A stretch of 64,000 bases of DNA from Podarcis bocagei (Eukaryota): the NCBI GenBank assembly GCA_964188305.1, contig OZ076897.1. The stretch is one strand, 5' to 3'. Positions 1 through 13,305 of the stretch are shown piece after piece; position 1 is the first letter of the stretch; each line of letters starts with the position of its first letter. Below the pieces are notes generated by a model. It was given only the letters and a program-made list of their open reading frames with translations. It ran no database searches and had not been told where the DNA came from. Position numbers and translations under genes: made by a program.

Positions 1-1039
1 GCATCCTTGTGAAAGGAAACACATACATCTCTAACCTTGCATTCTTTGAAATTCATAAAGAATTCTGAATGCGGAGTGAGTTCACCAGAAGCGGGAATGA
101 TCTCTTTCTTGCTCACAGTAACTGGCTAACCTTAGCTGCTCAGAGTAACCTTAGCTGTGGGTCTGGAGGGGTTCACTGAAGAAGCCTGAAGCTCAACCTC
201 TCCTATGATCTCCACCTCCTCTGAAGGGTCCTTTAAACGTCAACTAGGCCTGATACCGCCCTTAAGATCACAATTCACCTCTGGCTCAGGGAGAGGGGGA
301 GGAGTTGTGCCTTCTTCCTCCTGGTGCTGACCTGATCCTTTCCCTTTCTGGCTGCCTTTTGTGCTTTCCCTTCCAGTTCCCCAGCGAAGCAGGTAAGAGC
401 AAGGTTCTCAAACAGCAAAACTCAGAGTTTTCTCCCTTGCTATCACCCCCCCACACCCTACCGGGGTGTAGAGTCATAAAAGCATCTGTTTGGGCCCTGC
501 GTCCTGAGCTGTGCTTTAGGTTAACCGCTCTTTACTAATGAATCTAGTAACTAGGCAGAGTTTGGTGGTAGAGTACTCTGGGGTGGGAGTCAGGTCTGGG
601 ATGGAGCCCAGCAGTTGCGGATGGGTCCAGGGGTGCAGAATTTAACTAAATAAGCAAAAAACCTAAGTAGCCCATTTTTTACTTAATTGCTTGGGAATTC
701 TAAATGTGCCAGGGGGCTTTGCAGCTGAGCAGAGGGAGTCTGGAAGGAATGGCTCATTTATCTCCATTTAGTTTTACTTTGCTACAGTCCCCATCCCTTT
801 TCTCTTTAGGAATGACTGAGCATTACTCCCTCTCAGAGAAGCCAAAAGTACACAAATTAGCTCTTTCCTGCAAATCTCCCCTCTGTCCTCGTGACTCCCA
901 CAACCAAACACAGACTTATTTTCTATGTTACACACATGCTGCTCTCTTCACGGCCATCACAGATATTTTCTCCTGCTCTTTCCGGAAGCATCACTTCAGA
1001 TTTCAGTGGATGGAAGGAAGATTCATAGTAAGGTTGAAT

Positions 1040-1300
1040 ATCTTTAAGAATAATTTGCAGAAGCAAATTACTTTCCCCTGTGGTGTAAAAGCAAATATAA
1101 TTAAAATGAACATCCTTCCTAGGTTGATATATGTTCCTTGGGGCCTTTCCCCCAACACAAATAGACCATCTATTCAGGAAATCCATATGAGAATTCCTTA
1201 GCAGACCCTGCATGGCGCAGACCTGGCTGCAACTCCAAAGGTCCCAAGGAAGCTTCAGTCTCCCTAGACTACAAACGTTTGCCTGACTCCACCAGTTAGA
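1040..1300 (+). mobile_element. Degenerate L1/Tx1-type LINE ORF2 fragment
   Basis: ORF 704-1201 contains IIKMNILPRLIYV, matching the L1-clade post-RT motif IKMNxLPRxxY. Confidence 0.6.
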
Positions 1301-4300
1301 TACTGGCAAAAAGAGGCAGAATATGGTCGTGGTCAGTTTGTTTATATGTAATATGTTTATTTTGCATATGTAAGCATATGTGTTGGATTTTTTTTAGAAG
1401 GAGAACCTGCCTGAAAAGAGTTGCAAAAAGAAAATACCCCCTTTAAAAACAGTTGCAAAACTCATAACAAGTCAGCCATTTCCTGAAAAATAAGACTAGC
1501 TTTCTCCAGTACTTTTTGGTTATTGTCCTCATGGATTGGTGCAGCTTTCTTTTAGTTTCTAAGTAAAATGGTCACTATTGTCAAAAAAGAAGATTTGCAT
1601 TGATAAAGAAAGGGAAACAAAAAGAGAAAACCGATTTACTAAATGGATGTACAGTACACATGATATTGGGGAAGATACCACATGACTGCTAACTGTTGAG
1701 TCTAGTCTGCAATGTGGCAAGCAGGGCGTGGGGATGTTGGAGCTGCTTCCTTGATGGAAGTACTAGGCCTCCTCTCAGAGGTTTGCAGACTAGCTTGGAA
1801 GAGCTGGGAAGGCACTTGCTAACATGCTACTGAAAATCATAAGGTGGACACGACTTCAATAGTCCACTGAGCTTGTTGTGATGTGCAATTAACATGAAAA
1901 CCAAACCAGACTCCAGTGGTTTGGGACTTCACTGAAAATATTTCACACAACACTTAGGAAGGAGTCTTGAAATTGTTAATTTCAAAGCTGCAACTATAAG
2001 AGAATGAATGAAACCACTGACAAGTTTCAGTAGAGGAACACCCTTAAGTCCCCGTCTTCAGACCACACTGAATCCATAATAGCTTAAATGTGAAAGATGT
2101 TTTTTATAAACTGTTCACGCCTGTCATTACGTTAGATGGTGTGCATGTGTGGAATGAGAGCTTGTATAAGGCAAGGACGCCTGAAACGTGTCTCTTGCCA
2201 TTCTGTGTACAGGGGCAAATTGCACCCCACTTCTTGTGGAATCCTTCCTAATGAGGACCAGTGTGGAGGAGAGGCTTTGTTTTCTTTGAATTTACACCCT
2301 CCTTTTAAAAATTAAAAAATGCCGAAGTTTTGCTCTCATCTCAGGGAAGTGCTGTGCTTCATTTTCCCACTGGAGTGAAGGGCAGGCCCTGAGGGGTGTT
2401 CTCACTTGAGACCACATTGTGTCACCATGTAGTGAGGTTTGTCATGTGAGCAGCCCAAGACCTCCATACACACTGCCGCGCCTTGTGCCCCAGGGAGGTC
2501 ACTTCGGTGCTGCTGATGCAGCAGTTTGACTTCATCTCCAGAGGCACACTCTACTGTCTCTTGAGACAAATGGATGCCAACAATGTTTCCCTGTCCTCCA
2601 GGAGTGTGCTTATCTGTTTCCCACCTTGGGAGGCTTTTTGGCCTCCTGGTGCCATGCCAGTTTCGCTCTCCTGATCTCTTGATCTGACACTTAGGAGGAA
2701 CTAGGGCTGATTGTGCTGCAAGTGCATTTTTTTGGGGGGGGGGGGAATTACTGGCAGTTTTCTGTTTGCTCGCTGCACCTCTTCTTGCATATATCACTAG
2801 TAGATCAGTAGCTCAAACGCAAAATGATAGCCCAGTTGTATTAAGTGACTTGGCACTGGGTCCCTGGCAAACCAGCTCAACACTAATATCTGACATTACT
2901 CTGTACTGTCTGTGACAGAAGTTAATAAAACACCTCGAGAGCTATGCAAAACAGGCCTGTCCGGCTTCTGACAACCAAAATGAATGCATTCTACTAGCCA
3001 TGAATGGTAACAAAGGCTCAATAAACCCCTGTAACAGCCACCAACCTGGGAACTGAAAACACAGAAAATGGCTTCTAAAGCAACTTCCGAGTTACAAGAC
3101 ATGGCTGTTTGCATGTATTCAGCATGGTGGCTCTCAAGTTGTGCAAAGCACCCATTAATTGGACATCACAGCAATGTTCATAAGGGAAACAGTAATTTAA
3201 AAGCAAAATCTCTCTTCCTCCCAGACGATAAGTTTAATATGAACTACTGTTACATGCATATTACCGTATTTCACCGCATAATGGTTGCATTTCTTGTGTC
3301 GATTTTTCCTTTCCAAACGGGGTGCAACCATTATGTGGTGAATTACAGGCTGGAGGCAGAGGAAGGGGTCACAGACAGGTGATGGAGGTGGTCGCTCACC
3401 CACTGCTTCCCCTTCTTGGCTGGAGTGTCCCTAAGGGAGCCTGAGGTGAGTGGCAGCGTTGGCAACGGCAGCAGCACCAGCAGAAGCCTGGGTCTGGCTT
3501 TGCCTTGCCTTGAGCATGTGGCAAGAGCCAACGGTGCCACGGCCAAGCTGCCTCTTTCCCTTTGACTCCGCACAACTGCAACTGCAACAGCAGTGGCAGA
3601 CCAGGCCTGGTTTCACCTCACCTCTCCAGCTACCTCTGCTTGGGCCTAAGCCAACAAGAGCCCAGACTCTGGCCCTCGCTGCCTCAGGAGGCCCCCGTGC
3701 CGACCCACAGCTCGTCTCAGAATTACCCCTGCAACTATTATTCAGGGAATGCTCTGGGACCAATTTCAGGGTCCATAAAGGGGGGTTGCACTATTACACG
3801 GTGGCAACCAGTATGTGGTGAAATATTCTTTGCAGATTGGGTTGTACCTAAGAAGACAGGCAGGATGGGAGTTGGCCGATGGCCAACTGAATTGGGTGGA
3901 CCAGCCTGCACTGCACAGGGGCCACTGCTGACAGGAATAATTCCATTGTTTTATTTTGTTACTCAATGTCGTATCACTTGAGTTTGAGGGACAGTAACTA
4001 TTACCAGCTGATTGTCTATAATCCCATCTTGCTGTTTGTAGGCAGACTTAGACATTTAACACTCCCAGGCATTCATGAGAGTTGCGAGCATAAATCTTCA
4101 TGTCCTGCAATGAAATATACGCCTCGAAAAATGTAACTTCTATTTTTATGCATGTGTGTCATAAAACATGAAAGAAGTGCAAATTTTAGCCAGGAGGGAA
4201 CTTTTATGGCCAAGTTATAAATCTCTGCAAAAAGCAGTTTGCACTTGAAACTGTGACAGCCCTTAAAGTAGAGTGAGTGGGCAGGCCAGGAGCAAATTCA

Positions 4301-7300
4301 CCCCCACCAGGCTGGCCAAAGGCAATGCCAGTATACTCAGGATCCCAATGGAGCCACCGCTGGGAATGTAGCGTGGTCATTTTGGAGTCACTGTCCCCTT
4401 CTGAAGCCTGAGCCACAACACAGGTTTTGCTGCTAGAACATTGTAGTTTGCATGTGAAGATACTGCCAAAGAGAAAACGGCATGTTTAGTTCGATCCTCA
4501 GCACACAGTGTCCTGGCATGAGGACCACTGAAAAACAAAGGTTGTGGAGTGGTTTGAGGATTTTAGTTGCTCTCACATGTGCAAGCCAGAGTTCCCACCT
4601 CCTTCCACAGGGATGAAATCTCTCCAAAACCAAGCTACTACTCCGTTGCTCTGAGTCTTTTCAGTTGTGAAATTTCCCATTTCTTACCATTTAAGCTGTG
4701 TGGCAAAATCCCACAGTCTGTCTGGTTTAATAGTTTTCAGATGGAAGCCCTGAATGCCAAATGGATTAGGTACATGGACAGCTGGATGTTGACATAGTAA
4801 TCTGAATATGGAAAACCATAGATGCTTTTTGGGAAGAAATTGGGTAAAATGGCTGGAACAATTTCTATATGCAGCTATGGCTCATCAGACATATTTATCA
4901 CATTTATTTCACCCTCAAATCCCAAAAGTGCATGTTTTCCTTTCTAAATGTTGCTCAGATTGGATTGGTTTACTCTTTCCATAGTAGCTGCAAAGTGAGC
5001 TGATATGTTATCACACCAGGTTGTTCTGTTTAATCAACAGCTACTCCTATTTTAATAACTCTTCCTCTCCTTATTCCTCTTCCTCCCCTCTGGTGTCAAT
5101 CTACTTAGAAGACAGAACAGTGTTCCTTTGCCTTCAGTTTTCCTGGTGGAATTAATGTTGGTACTTAGCAATTATTGCCGTTAACCTGTATATGAATTTT
5201 TCTTCTTTAGATTGAATAGTAGCACTTTGGCTCATCTGCTTGCCAATCATAATTACAACTACTGACTGTATCACATTTTGCTTTTTTAAAGTGAAATGAA
5301 ATGTTTGCCTTGGGACCTTGCCAAGAATGGGGTCATTCCCAAACTTGTAATAACATATCTTCCGCTGATGTTTCTTAGTAACACGTGTAAATAGGAAAAA
5401 ACAGTTGCACTGCCGCGGTTTGCTTTGGCCATATGTGATTTCAGTACAAGAACATGGGAAGAAAATCAGTGGTCCTTCTATACCCAGAGTTCAGCTTTGC
5501 TAGCAAGTGTCTTACACTGACAGACCTGGAGACAGCCAGAAAAGACCTGGAGACAGCCACTTTCCCTGCATGATGTCAAACAAGCACACAACCAAGTCAT
5601 TAAAAAGATCCAAAAAACCAAAGGGACTTGTAACATTTACTACTAAAAACTTCATAAAATGGTATGTACAGATATACTGAAGGATGGAAAAGGGAAAATC
5701 ATTTTTTTACACCTTACATGGAAAGGGCTGCTTCTCTGGACTCCCGCCCCCTCTTACTAAGTGTGCCCCAATATTGCTTCCCCCCTCCGCAACAATTCAG
5801 TGAAACCTTGATACTGCTACCTCTGCAAAGCTTGTGCTGTATACCTCAAAAAAGAAATATATGTGTCTGGGGGGAACCATCTACTGACCCCTTGACCCCA
5901 AGGCACCGGAATGGGCAGTCAACTTTACAGTAGCCTCATGATTAGTGTTGTCACCTTTCTTCAACACGCCCTGCTAAAAACTGCTAGTTCCATTATTCCA
6001 CACACACAGCCCAGTTTCAAATTGTATCATTTAAATCATGCAAAATCTGTTTCCAATATGATGGATGATTCACCTGGCAAGTTTCCCAAGTCCATGCGTG
6101 TTCTTAGCTGGAGCTTAGCAATGAATTTATGTATATGCATCCATGGTTTTCCAAAGGAGATGTATCAATTTCTTTAAACTTTAGGAAAATTAAGGATTTG
6201 TATAAGTCTTTCTTTGAATTGGAGTGTTTGTGGAAGATTGTGTTATCTGAATGCTTCTTTTTGACTCAATGGCATTTGCATCTGTTTATACAAGTTTGAA
6301 AACCCTCCATCTTTCCCTAAAGTGTCCAGGTGTTATTTGCTTAGCACTGTTCCGTGAGATTTAATAGGGGTCTTAACTATTTTTACATTATTACTAGGCT
6401 TACTAGATGACCTTTGTCCACTGGAATATTTCTTGTGTATTCCCTCATGCAATGATGTTTAATAAAGCCTAGTCATTACGCCACATATCAAGATGTTCAT
6501 TTCATTATGTTGTTTGGTGACTACAGCAGGGTGTTGGGTGTCAGGATACCTGGGAGCTGGCGATTCTCTTAAGTATATAGTGTGATGGAGAGCAGATGTG
6601 GCCATTTCAAGCCCAATCAGGTACGCAGAAAAAGAAGAAAAGGGGAAATGGAAGACAATGATGGCGATAATGATGAAATGGGACTAAAAGAACAGGGTTA
6701 GATTAATACCTCCCTCCCTCTGCTCCTTTTGCTAAATAGCACTAATCATTGCATTGCACTGATGAAGCTTTAAAACATGAGCAAAAAAGAGAGAGCAAAA
6801 TCTGTTCGGAGGCTTATTATCTATCTGCTTTGGTATTGTTACGGCTTGCTTGTAGGAATACAGTGAGAAGTAGGGTGAATGTCAGCGGGGGACCTTGGTA
6901 ATATGACGCCCTGAGCGAGGACGAGATTTGGTGCCCATTCCCCAACTTTGAGTAGGTGTACCCATAGAAATATATGTTTGTTGCTGTTGTTTGTTGTTGT
7001 TGTTACTTGTGTGGAGGAACTGCCTGCATGGCCCAAAACTTGGCACTGTGGGTATGACATGGCCAGCACCATGTGTTTCCCAGTTTGATTTGGGTGTTCT
7101 GCATCTTTGATGCACAGAGAAAGGGCCACTTCACATATATCTCTGTGCAGTGGCATTCAAAAGGGCATTGGCCATGGTGCTATTGAGAATGTGTCAATCT
7201 CTGTTGCATTAGGTGGGATATTCCTTTGCCACCCTGAAGGCTCCTTCTGTCATTCCAGCTCCACTTTCTGGTGGACTCCTCTTCTCAGATGCTGGTCTGC

Positions 7301-9959
7301 AGCTGGCTTTGTGTCTAGATTAAATCTCTTGTGGAACTGCTCTAGGGATCCATTCTCCTTTTCCACTTGTGCTGGGACTTGTTCTTCTGCTCCCTGCATG
7401 CTTGGCTGTGTGTTGTTCAGCTCTGACCTTCCCCCAGCCTCCGCCAACAACTTGAGCGCTCTAGACCCAAGAGTGCCACAAGCTACAAACAGATTTATTT
7501 CTGTATCGTTTCTGCACAAGATTTATGCCTTCTCTTTTGATTCTTCCATTCTGAGCACACCATGGAAGGCAGCACACAGTATAACAAAAGGAATGCCCCC
7601 CCCTGCAAAAAAAATGTGATTAAAACTAAATCATGTCATAGTAAGAACAATTCACCTGAGGAACTAAAATTCTAGCACATGGGTCACCAATGCAGAGACC
7701 TACCCTGGTCCCCACGGGCTCACATCTCCCTGCCTTTTCCCAGGTCAGGTAGTTTGATCAGGAAGGATGATTTCAAACCCAATTGTTAGTGAGGGGAGAA
7801 TGAGTCTGTGTGGCTGCAGTGGCTGTATGGTGCCCAGAACATTTTTTTCCTGGTTTGCCCTAAGGAACTTGGAGACCCTGGATATTAACAGAAAGCTGGC
7901 GAAATGCTTGTGAAAAGCGTCTTAACATAGCAGCCCCCAAGACCAGCTGAAATACCAAATCCTGGACAAGGATTCACAGGAGATGAGGCAAGATGAATCT
8001 CATGTTTCAGAGAGTTCCTCTGGATTGCTGGATTGCTTCCTCTGGATTGCAGAGAAGGCACTTTCTTTTGTTCCACAGGTGCAGTGTAGAAGATATCCAG
8101 GTGACTAATGCAGGAAAATAAACTCCAGAGGAAATTGGGGGGGGGGGGATCCACATAGTCAAATCAGATATGGTGATTTAGTTCTCATGTTAGTCCTATG
8201 CAAGGTATCTGCTAAATGCTTGGAGGGCTAAAAGAATTAGCTCCAAAAATAAAGAGTATGCTAAATAAATGCTGAGCTTATTTTTGGTAGAAGCAGTACT
8301 TGGACTGGGTCACAATCTCGCTCTCACAGATGCTGTCGGGGAATCTTGAATATGCTAAGAAGCTTCCATTACTCTCAGACACCTCTAGCCTTGGCCATAC
8401 GTGTGTTTTCTTTGAGACAGGATTTTATATTTGGCATATGTAGATCTCAGAAACTCCTTTTTATAGCTCGCCCTGCCTGGGACTCAGCATAATTTCCCCA
8501 ATCTTTCTCACAGTCAAAAGCCTAATTTATACTATCAGTTTCAGCTGTAGTCTGTAGCCTGCCCAGATCCTGCTAACCTCCCTAATGGACTGTAGCATTT
8601 CAGGCCACATGGAGGGGGGTTGCTTATCTGAATGCTCTCCTATGTTTATAACACCTCCCTGCTCTAAGTCTGGGAGAAGGCAGCTTCAGTGCTGGCCTTA
8701 GTGGTCATGATCCAGATGACCACTTGGGGTGCTGGTCGTACTGGTCTGTCATGGGCTTAACTATCCACGTTAACAGCAGAAACAAATTTAACATACAGTT
8801 CAACTTCACTTGTAAAGCTGGCAACAGGGCTGTGTTGGGCCCGCGTGTTACTTTGTGTTCATGTTCATTCAACAAATGACATGTTTAAGGTACTGTGGTA
8901 CTAAATGATAAGATAAACTATGCATGTAAATTGTAAAACAGGTTATAAATGCAATAAAAAGTATGCAAAACCAGCACAAGTGGTTCAGTACTTCTGACAC
9001 TTCTTACCTGGCCTAGGCTAGGATTCATTTCTCAAGCAAGTGCTAATTTTCTGTGTGTAGGGAATATTTTTTTTTAATATGGAGCATCTTGAAAAATGTG
9101 AAGAGGTTTAATAACTCAGCTCTGAGATAACATATACATTTATTAGCTAGTATAGCTACTCTTAAATATTATGAAACAACTTTTTCATTTGAAAATCCAT
9201 TAGGAAATAGACAAATGTAAAAAAACCTAGTAAATAAATGCTGTGTTAAGGAAATTTTAAAAAGCTGAAAGGTCAGATTAAAAATACAATACAATAGGCA
9301 CACGGTTAGAAGACTATTGAGCTGCAGCGTTCTTTCTGAGTAGCTTATGTGAAAAGGCTATTTAGTTGTCACCATTAACCCACAGAACAGGTTTGTAATT
9401 ATAACATGCATAAATGACCACTCTGCAGTCCCGCACATCTGCAAGAAAGGGTTGTTTTGCTGCATTCCTAGATAGCCAGAATGTTAAGGGGCCCTTGTGT
9501 ATTGTTGCACGTCACTCCAGTCTCCAAGCAGCACATGATCCCAGAGGATACCCAGGGTTTGGTTTCTCTGGAATGAGCTGCACCAGAGACTCAGACCCTC
9601 CAATTATCATTATGGAAATACAACTTCATCATTGACTACATTTCTATTATTGTACTGTTCTAACGCCATTAAAGCAACTGTAACAGAGGCAAGTCAGTGA
9701 TGTGCAGTGTTATGTGACACATATTTACTAAGAACTTGGTTTCGCTGTGCTCACTGGGACTTATTCAGTAGGACTGTAGCCCCCAAGACCAGCTGAAATA
9801 CCAAATCCTGGACAAGACTCCAGAGGCTCCTCGTGGCCCAGTGAAGGCTGCTCTGAATGTGGAAGATTTTAGACACCTGTTTGAAGGCTGCCCAAGGCCT
9901 GACCTGCTCTACCTGTCTGATAAGGGAGTTTTGGTGTGTAGGAGAGAGGGTACACATTG

Positions 9960-10309
9960 CCTGGAAAAGGAGAGGAAATATGATAACCATCTTCAGGTAT
10001 CTCAAGGGCTGTCACATGGAAGAGGGAACAAGCTTATTTTCTCCTGCACTGGAGGGTAGGACGCGAACCAATGCCTTCAAGTTACAAGAAAGGAGATTCC
10101 GACTAAATATACGGAAAAAACTTTCTGATGCTAAGAGCTGTTTGCCAATGGAACGGTCTCCCTCGGGCTCTCCTTCCTTGGAGGTTTTTAAGCAGAGACT
10201 GGATGGCCATCTGTCTTGGATGCTGTAGCTAAGATACCTGCACTGCAGGGGGTTGGACTAGATGACCCCTAGGTCCCTTCCAACTCTACAATTCTATGAT
10301 TCCATGATT
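9960..10309 (+). mobile_element. CR1 LINE 3' end
   Basis: Encodes MITIFRYLKG...RTRTNAFKLQERRFRLNIRK...SPSLEVFKQRLDGHL. 3' UTR GGGTTGGACTAGATGACC...GGTCCCTTCCAAC and an ATTCTATG-type tail. Confidence 0.92.
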
Positions 10310-10498
10310 GCAAAAGCCTTCCTCAGTCATTGGGTTTCAGCCTGCAGGCTCATACAAAGTTGGGCCTCCTCAGCTGATCTTACTGGCTTGGTGAAGTCTC
10401 GTGAGACTTGCAAGAGCTTAGTGAGACTTGCAGTGGGGTCTCTGCAGTGTCCCAGTGGGCAGCAAGGTGAGAGTAGTGGAGAGGAGACGTTGGCGATA

Positions 10499-10821
10499 CA
10501 GTGGTGCCTCGCAAGACGAAAAGAATCCGTTTTGTGATTCTCTTCGTCTAGCGGTTTTTTCGTCTTGCGAAGCAAGCCCATTGACGGATTAGCGGATTAG
10601 CGCTATTAGCGGCTTAGCGGCTTATCGGATCAGCTGATAAGCGGTTTAGCGGCTTAGAAAAAGGGGGGGAGGAAAAAACCCCGCAGGAACTCACAAGACA
10701 TTTTCGTCTTGCGAAGCAAGCCCATAGGAGATTCGTTTTGCGAAGCACCCCCAAAATGGAAAACTCTTTCGTCTAGCGAGTTTTCCGTCTTGCGAGGCAT
10801 TCGTCTTGCGGGGCACCACTG
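10499..10821. mobile_element. Tc1/mariner (pogo/Tigger-like) MITE with internal short tandem repeats
   Basis: TIRs CAGTGGTGCCTCGCAAGACGAA / TTCGTCTTGCGGGGCACCACTG; TA on both flanks; internal GCGG(A/C)TTA repeats. Confidence 0.9.
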
Positions 10822-11915
10822 TACTGTCCTGTCCCAGGCAGCAAAATGACTTATTCTAAGCCACCTATAAGTGGTTATTAGATTAGAGTGTGTTGATTGT
10901 AAATGTATGATCACCTATTCTTCAACTCAGGATTCCCAAAGCAGTTCAGAACATGAGTTTTTAAAAACCACAAAATAAAATCAAGAAGCAAAATCAATAT
11001 CTAACTGTAAGTGGCCTTGGATACGGCAGAGAGTGAACCAGCTTATGTGATATGTGCGGCTAATTATCTAGGCTTTCAAAACCACCCAGTTCTTCCAACT
11101 TCAACCCTACACTTCTAATAGGCCCACGCTCCATTTAAAACTCCTATAAAAGAGTAGTATAATAAAACAGAACATTTGGTCTCTATGCTTGGCTGAGGAG
11201 CCAGTGGGGCAAAGCTACCATCTGTGGGATGCTGACTCCAAATCTTCAAAGGATTCCTGTCACAACTTATCTCACAACAGCCTTCCCCGTTTGTTGCAGT
11301 CAGAAATTTTGTGTGTTCCTCTTGCCATAAACCTGCTTGGTTTGCTTTCTCCTTCTTTTAAATGAAGCAGATGTCTGAGCTTCCATAAAACACATCGCCA
11401 ATATTCTGACATTGCAGCGGGAAAACAGTTTTTGCCAAATAGTGCAGAATCTGGGGTGTTGAGAATCTGGTGCTGCCCATGGCTGGAAAAGATGGTGCGC
11501 TGGGGAAGAAGACTATTGGTCCACTGCTCTCATCCCAGGCCCATACCCCTTGGCTCCGGGTGACCCAGTGATAAAACACTTTTACTAAGCAGGGTGCTTT
11601 ATAATGTTTACATTGTTTGTCACTTATGAATCACTGCTATTCCCGTCCTATACATGGAGTGTGAAGGCTTTGTAGACTCTGTACCTTTTAAACACATTCA
11701 GAACAAGTTCTTGCTCTCAAAGAATTCTGGGCACTGTAGTTTGTTAAGGGTCGTTGGAAATATTAGCTCTGTGAGTGCCCAGAATTCTTTGAGGGATATG
11801 ATGTGCTTCGAATGTGCTCTAAAGGAATGTGCATAGCCTTTGAAGGAGTGAATTTCCTAAACCAAGCCAACAAATATTGGGCAAAGGAACCTTATCTCTG
11901 CTGCTCATTTAAATA

Positions 11916-12157
11916 CAGTGGTACCTCGGGTTAAGTACTTAATTTGTTCCGGAGGTCCGTTCTTAACCTGAAACTGTTCTTAACCTGAAGCACCACTTTA
12001 GCTAATGGGGCCTCTCACTGCCACCACGCCACCAGAGCACGATTTCTGTTTTCATCCTGAAGCAAAGTTCTTAACCCGAGGTACTATTTCTGGGTTAGGG
12101 GGGTCTGTAACCTGAAGCATATGTAACCTGAAGCGTATGTAACCCAAGGTACTACTG
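11916..12157. mobile_element. Tigger-like MITE, family copy 1
   Basis: TIRs CAGTGGTACCTCGGGTTA / TAACCCAAGGTACTACTG, TA TSD; closely similar to 24842-25063 and 47998-48223. Confidence 0.92.
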
Positions 12158-12397
12158 TATGCTGATTCGTAGAATCAGAGAGTTGAAGGGAAACTTGTAA
12201 GCCATCTAGTCAGGGCTGGCCGACCCATGAGGCAGACTGAGGAGCCCCACCAACCCCTGCCGCTACTGGAAAAGTGAGGAGACGCAGAAGTGGCTTCCAG
12301 TGAGATCTTGCCTGAGGCCGCAACAACTTCCATGTGCTAAAAATGAAATGAAGGGAGAAAATGGGCTTACGTGCAGGTAGCCTGTGCCACGTTTAGC

Positions 12398-12765
12398 TGT
12401 AGTGGGCTGCAGGACAAAGGTTAGGCTGCAGACCTGAGTCTCTTCCAATTCCTGGATCCAGCAAGATCCAATGGCGGATGCAACTGTTGAAGTGGCCAGG
12501 CCAGCTTCTTGGTAACGGCCCTCTAAGTATGGGTCATTAGGGTAACAAAGGAAGTGGCTCTGTGCCAGAGGACAAATGGGTGGGGACCCCTCTCTCAGCT
12601 GGCTGTTGGTTAGAAAAACAAATGCCTCTGTGTGTGTGCCAGAGAGAGAGAGAGCTAGAAGCAAGAAGCTGACAGACAAAGCCATTCCTGATTTCTGCTG
12701 GGATCCAAGGCTGTGGCCATCTGTGGTGTTAATGCTGTGAGTCCCTCCATCATAAGTTGGAGGGT
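12398..12765. mobile_element. Possible LTR-like repeat fragment
   Basis: Begins TGTAGTGGG and looks like squamate LTR remnants; no partner LTR or internal domain seen. Confidence 0.3.
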
Positions 12766-13212
12766 AGTTGGAGAATAGTCAAGGCCTCATCTCATGCAAA
12801 ATTAGTTCGCCCAACTGCAAACCTTAATGTTAAAGCAGTTCAGCACCTGCCCTGTGTAGCACACCTAAGTTAGGCTGGCATCCACATTCTACACATTTTT
12901 AAAATTTATTTTGCAAATGTTCACAGAAGGATGAGTTGACTTGCAGGCAATATCTGATTCTTTTTTGAGAGCTGCTTTATCGTTTCTTTTTATTTTTGCA
13001 TACTGCTGTTCTATATTTTTAAATGTTCAGTGGTTTATAAATATTCTGAATAAATAAAAGAAACAAATGTTAAGGCCCCATTGAACACAGTGAAATTTAC
13101 TTCCAAGTAGACTTTTGATAAGACTGGGCCACTCTATTCCTAAGCACACCTACTAAGTAGTAAATCCTATTCAGCTTAGTAGAATTTAATTTTGAGTAAA
13201 CATATGTAGTCT

Positions 13213-13305
13213 AAATAAAAAAATTCCTTCCTGTAGCACCTTAAAGACCAACTAAGTTAGTTCTTGGTATAAGCTTTCGTGTGCATGCACACTTCTTCAG
13301 ATACA
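13213..13305 (-). mobile_element. Penelope-like element terminal fragment flanked by a TSD
   Basis: Minus strand GTATCTGAAGAAGTGTGCATGCACACGAAAGCTTATACC...GTTGGTCTTTAAGGTGCTAC matches the reptile Penelope terminus as recalled. ATGTAGTCT at 13204-13212 and 13309-13317. Confidence 0.8.
13267..13304 (-). ncRNA. Minimal type I hammerhead ribozyme motif
   Basis: Stem I GUAU/AUAC, core CUGAAGA, extra A, stem II GUGUG-CAUG-CACAC, GAAA, and palindromic AGCU in place of stem III. Confidence 0.65.

Noticed and set aside
3343-3981. Cluster of overlapping GC-rich ORFs
   Set aside because: Low-complexity translations with no family resemblance; probably a decayed repeat.
6000-6520. Possible minus-strand L1 remnant
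   Set aside because: Composition is suggestive but I could not recover a diagnostic motif.
7107-7619. Overlapping 170-aa (+) and 89-aa (-) ORFs, with an acceptor-like site on the minus strand near 7605
   Set aside because: No recognisable domain; the minus-strand frames from the acceptor that I translated hit stops; no partner exons.
10575-10660. Short regularly spaced repeats as a CRISPR-like array
   Set aside because: Eukaryotic DNA, no unique spacers, no cas genes; the repeats are internal to a MITE.
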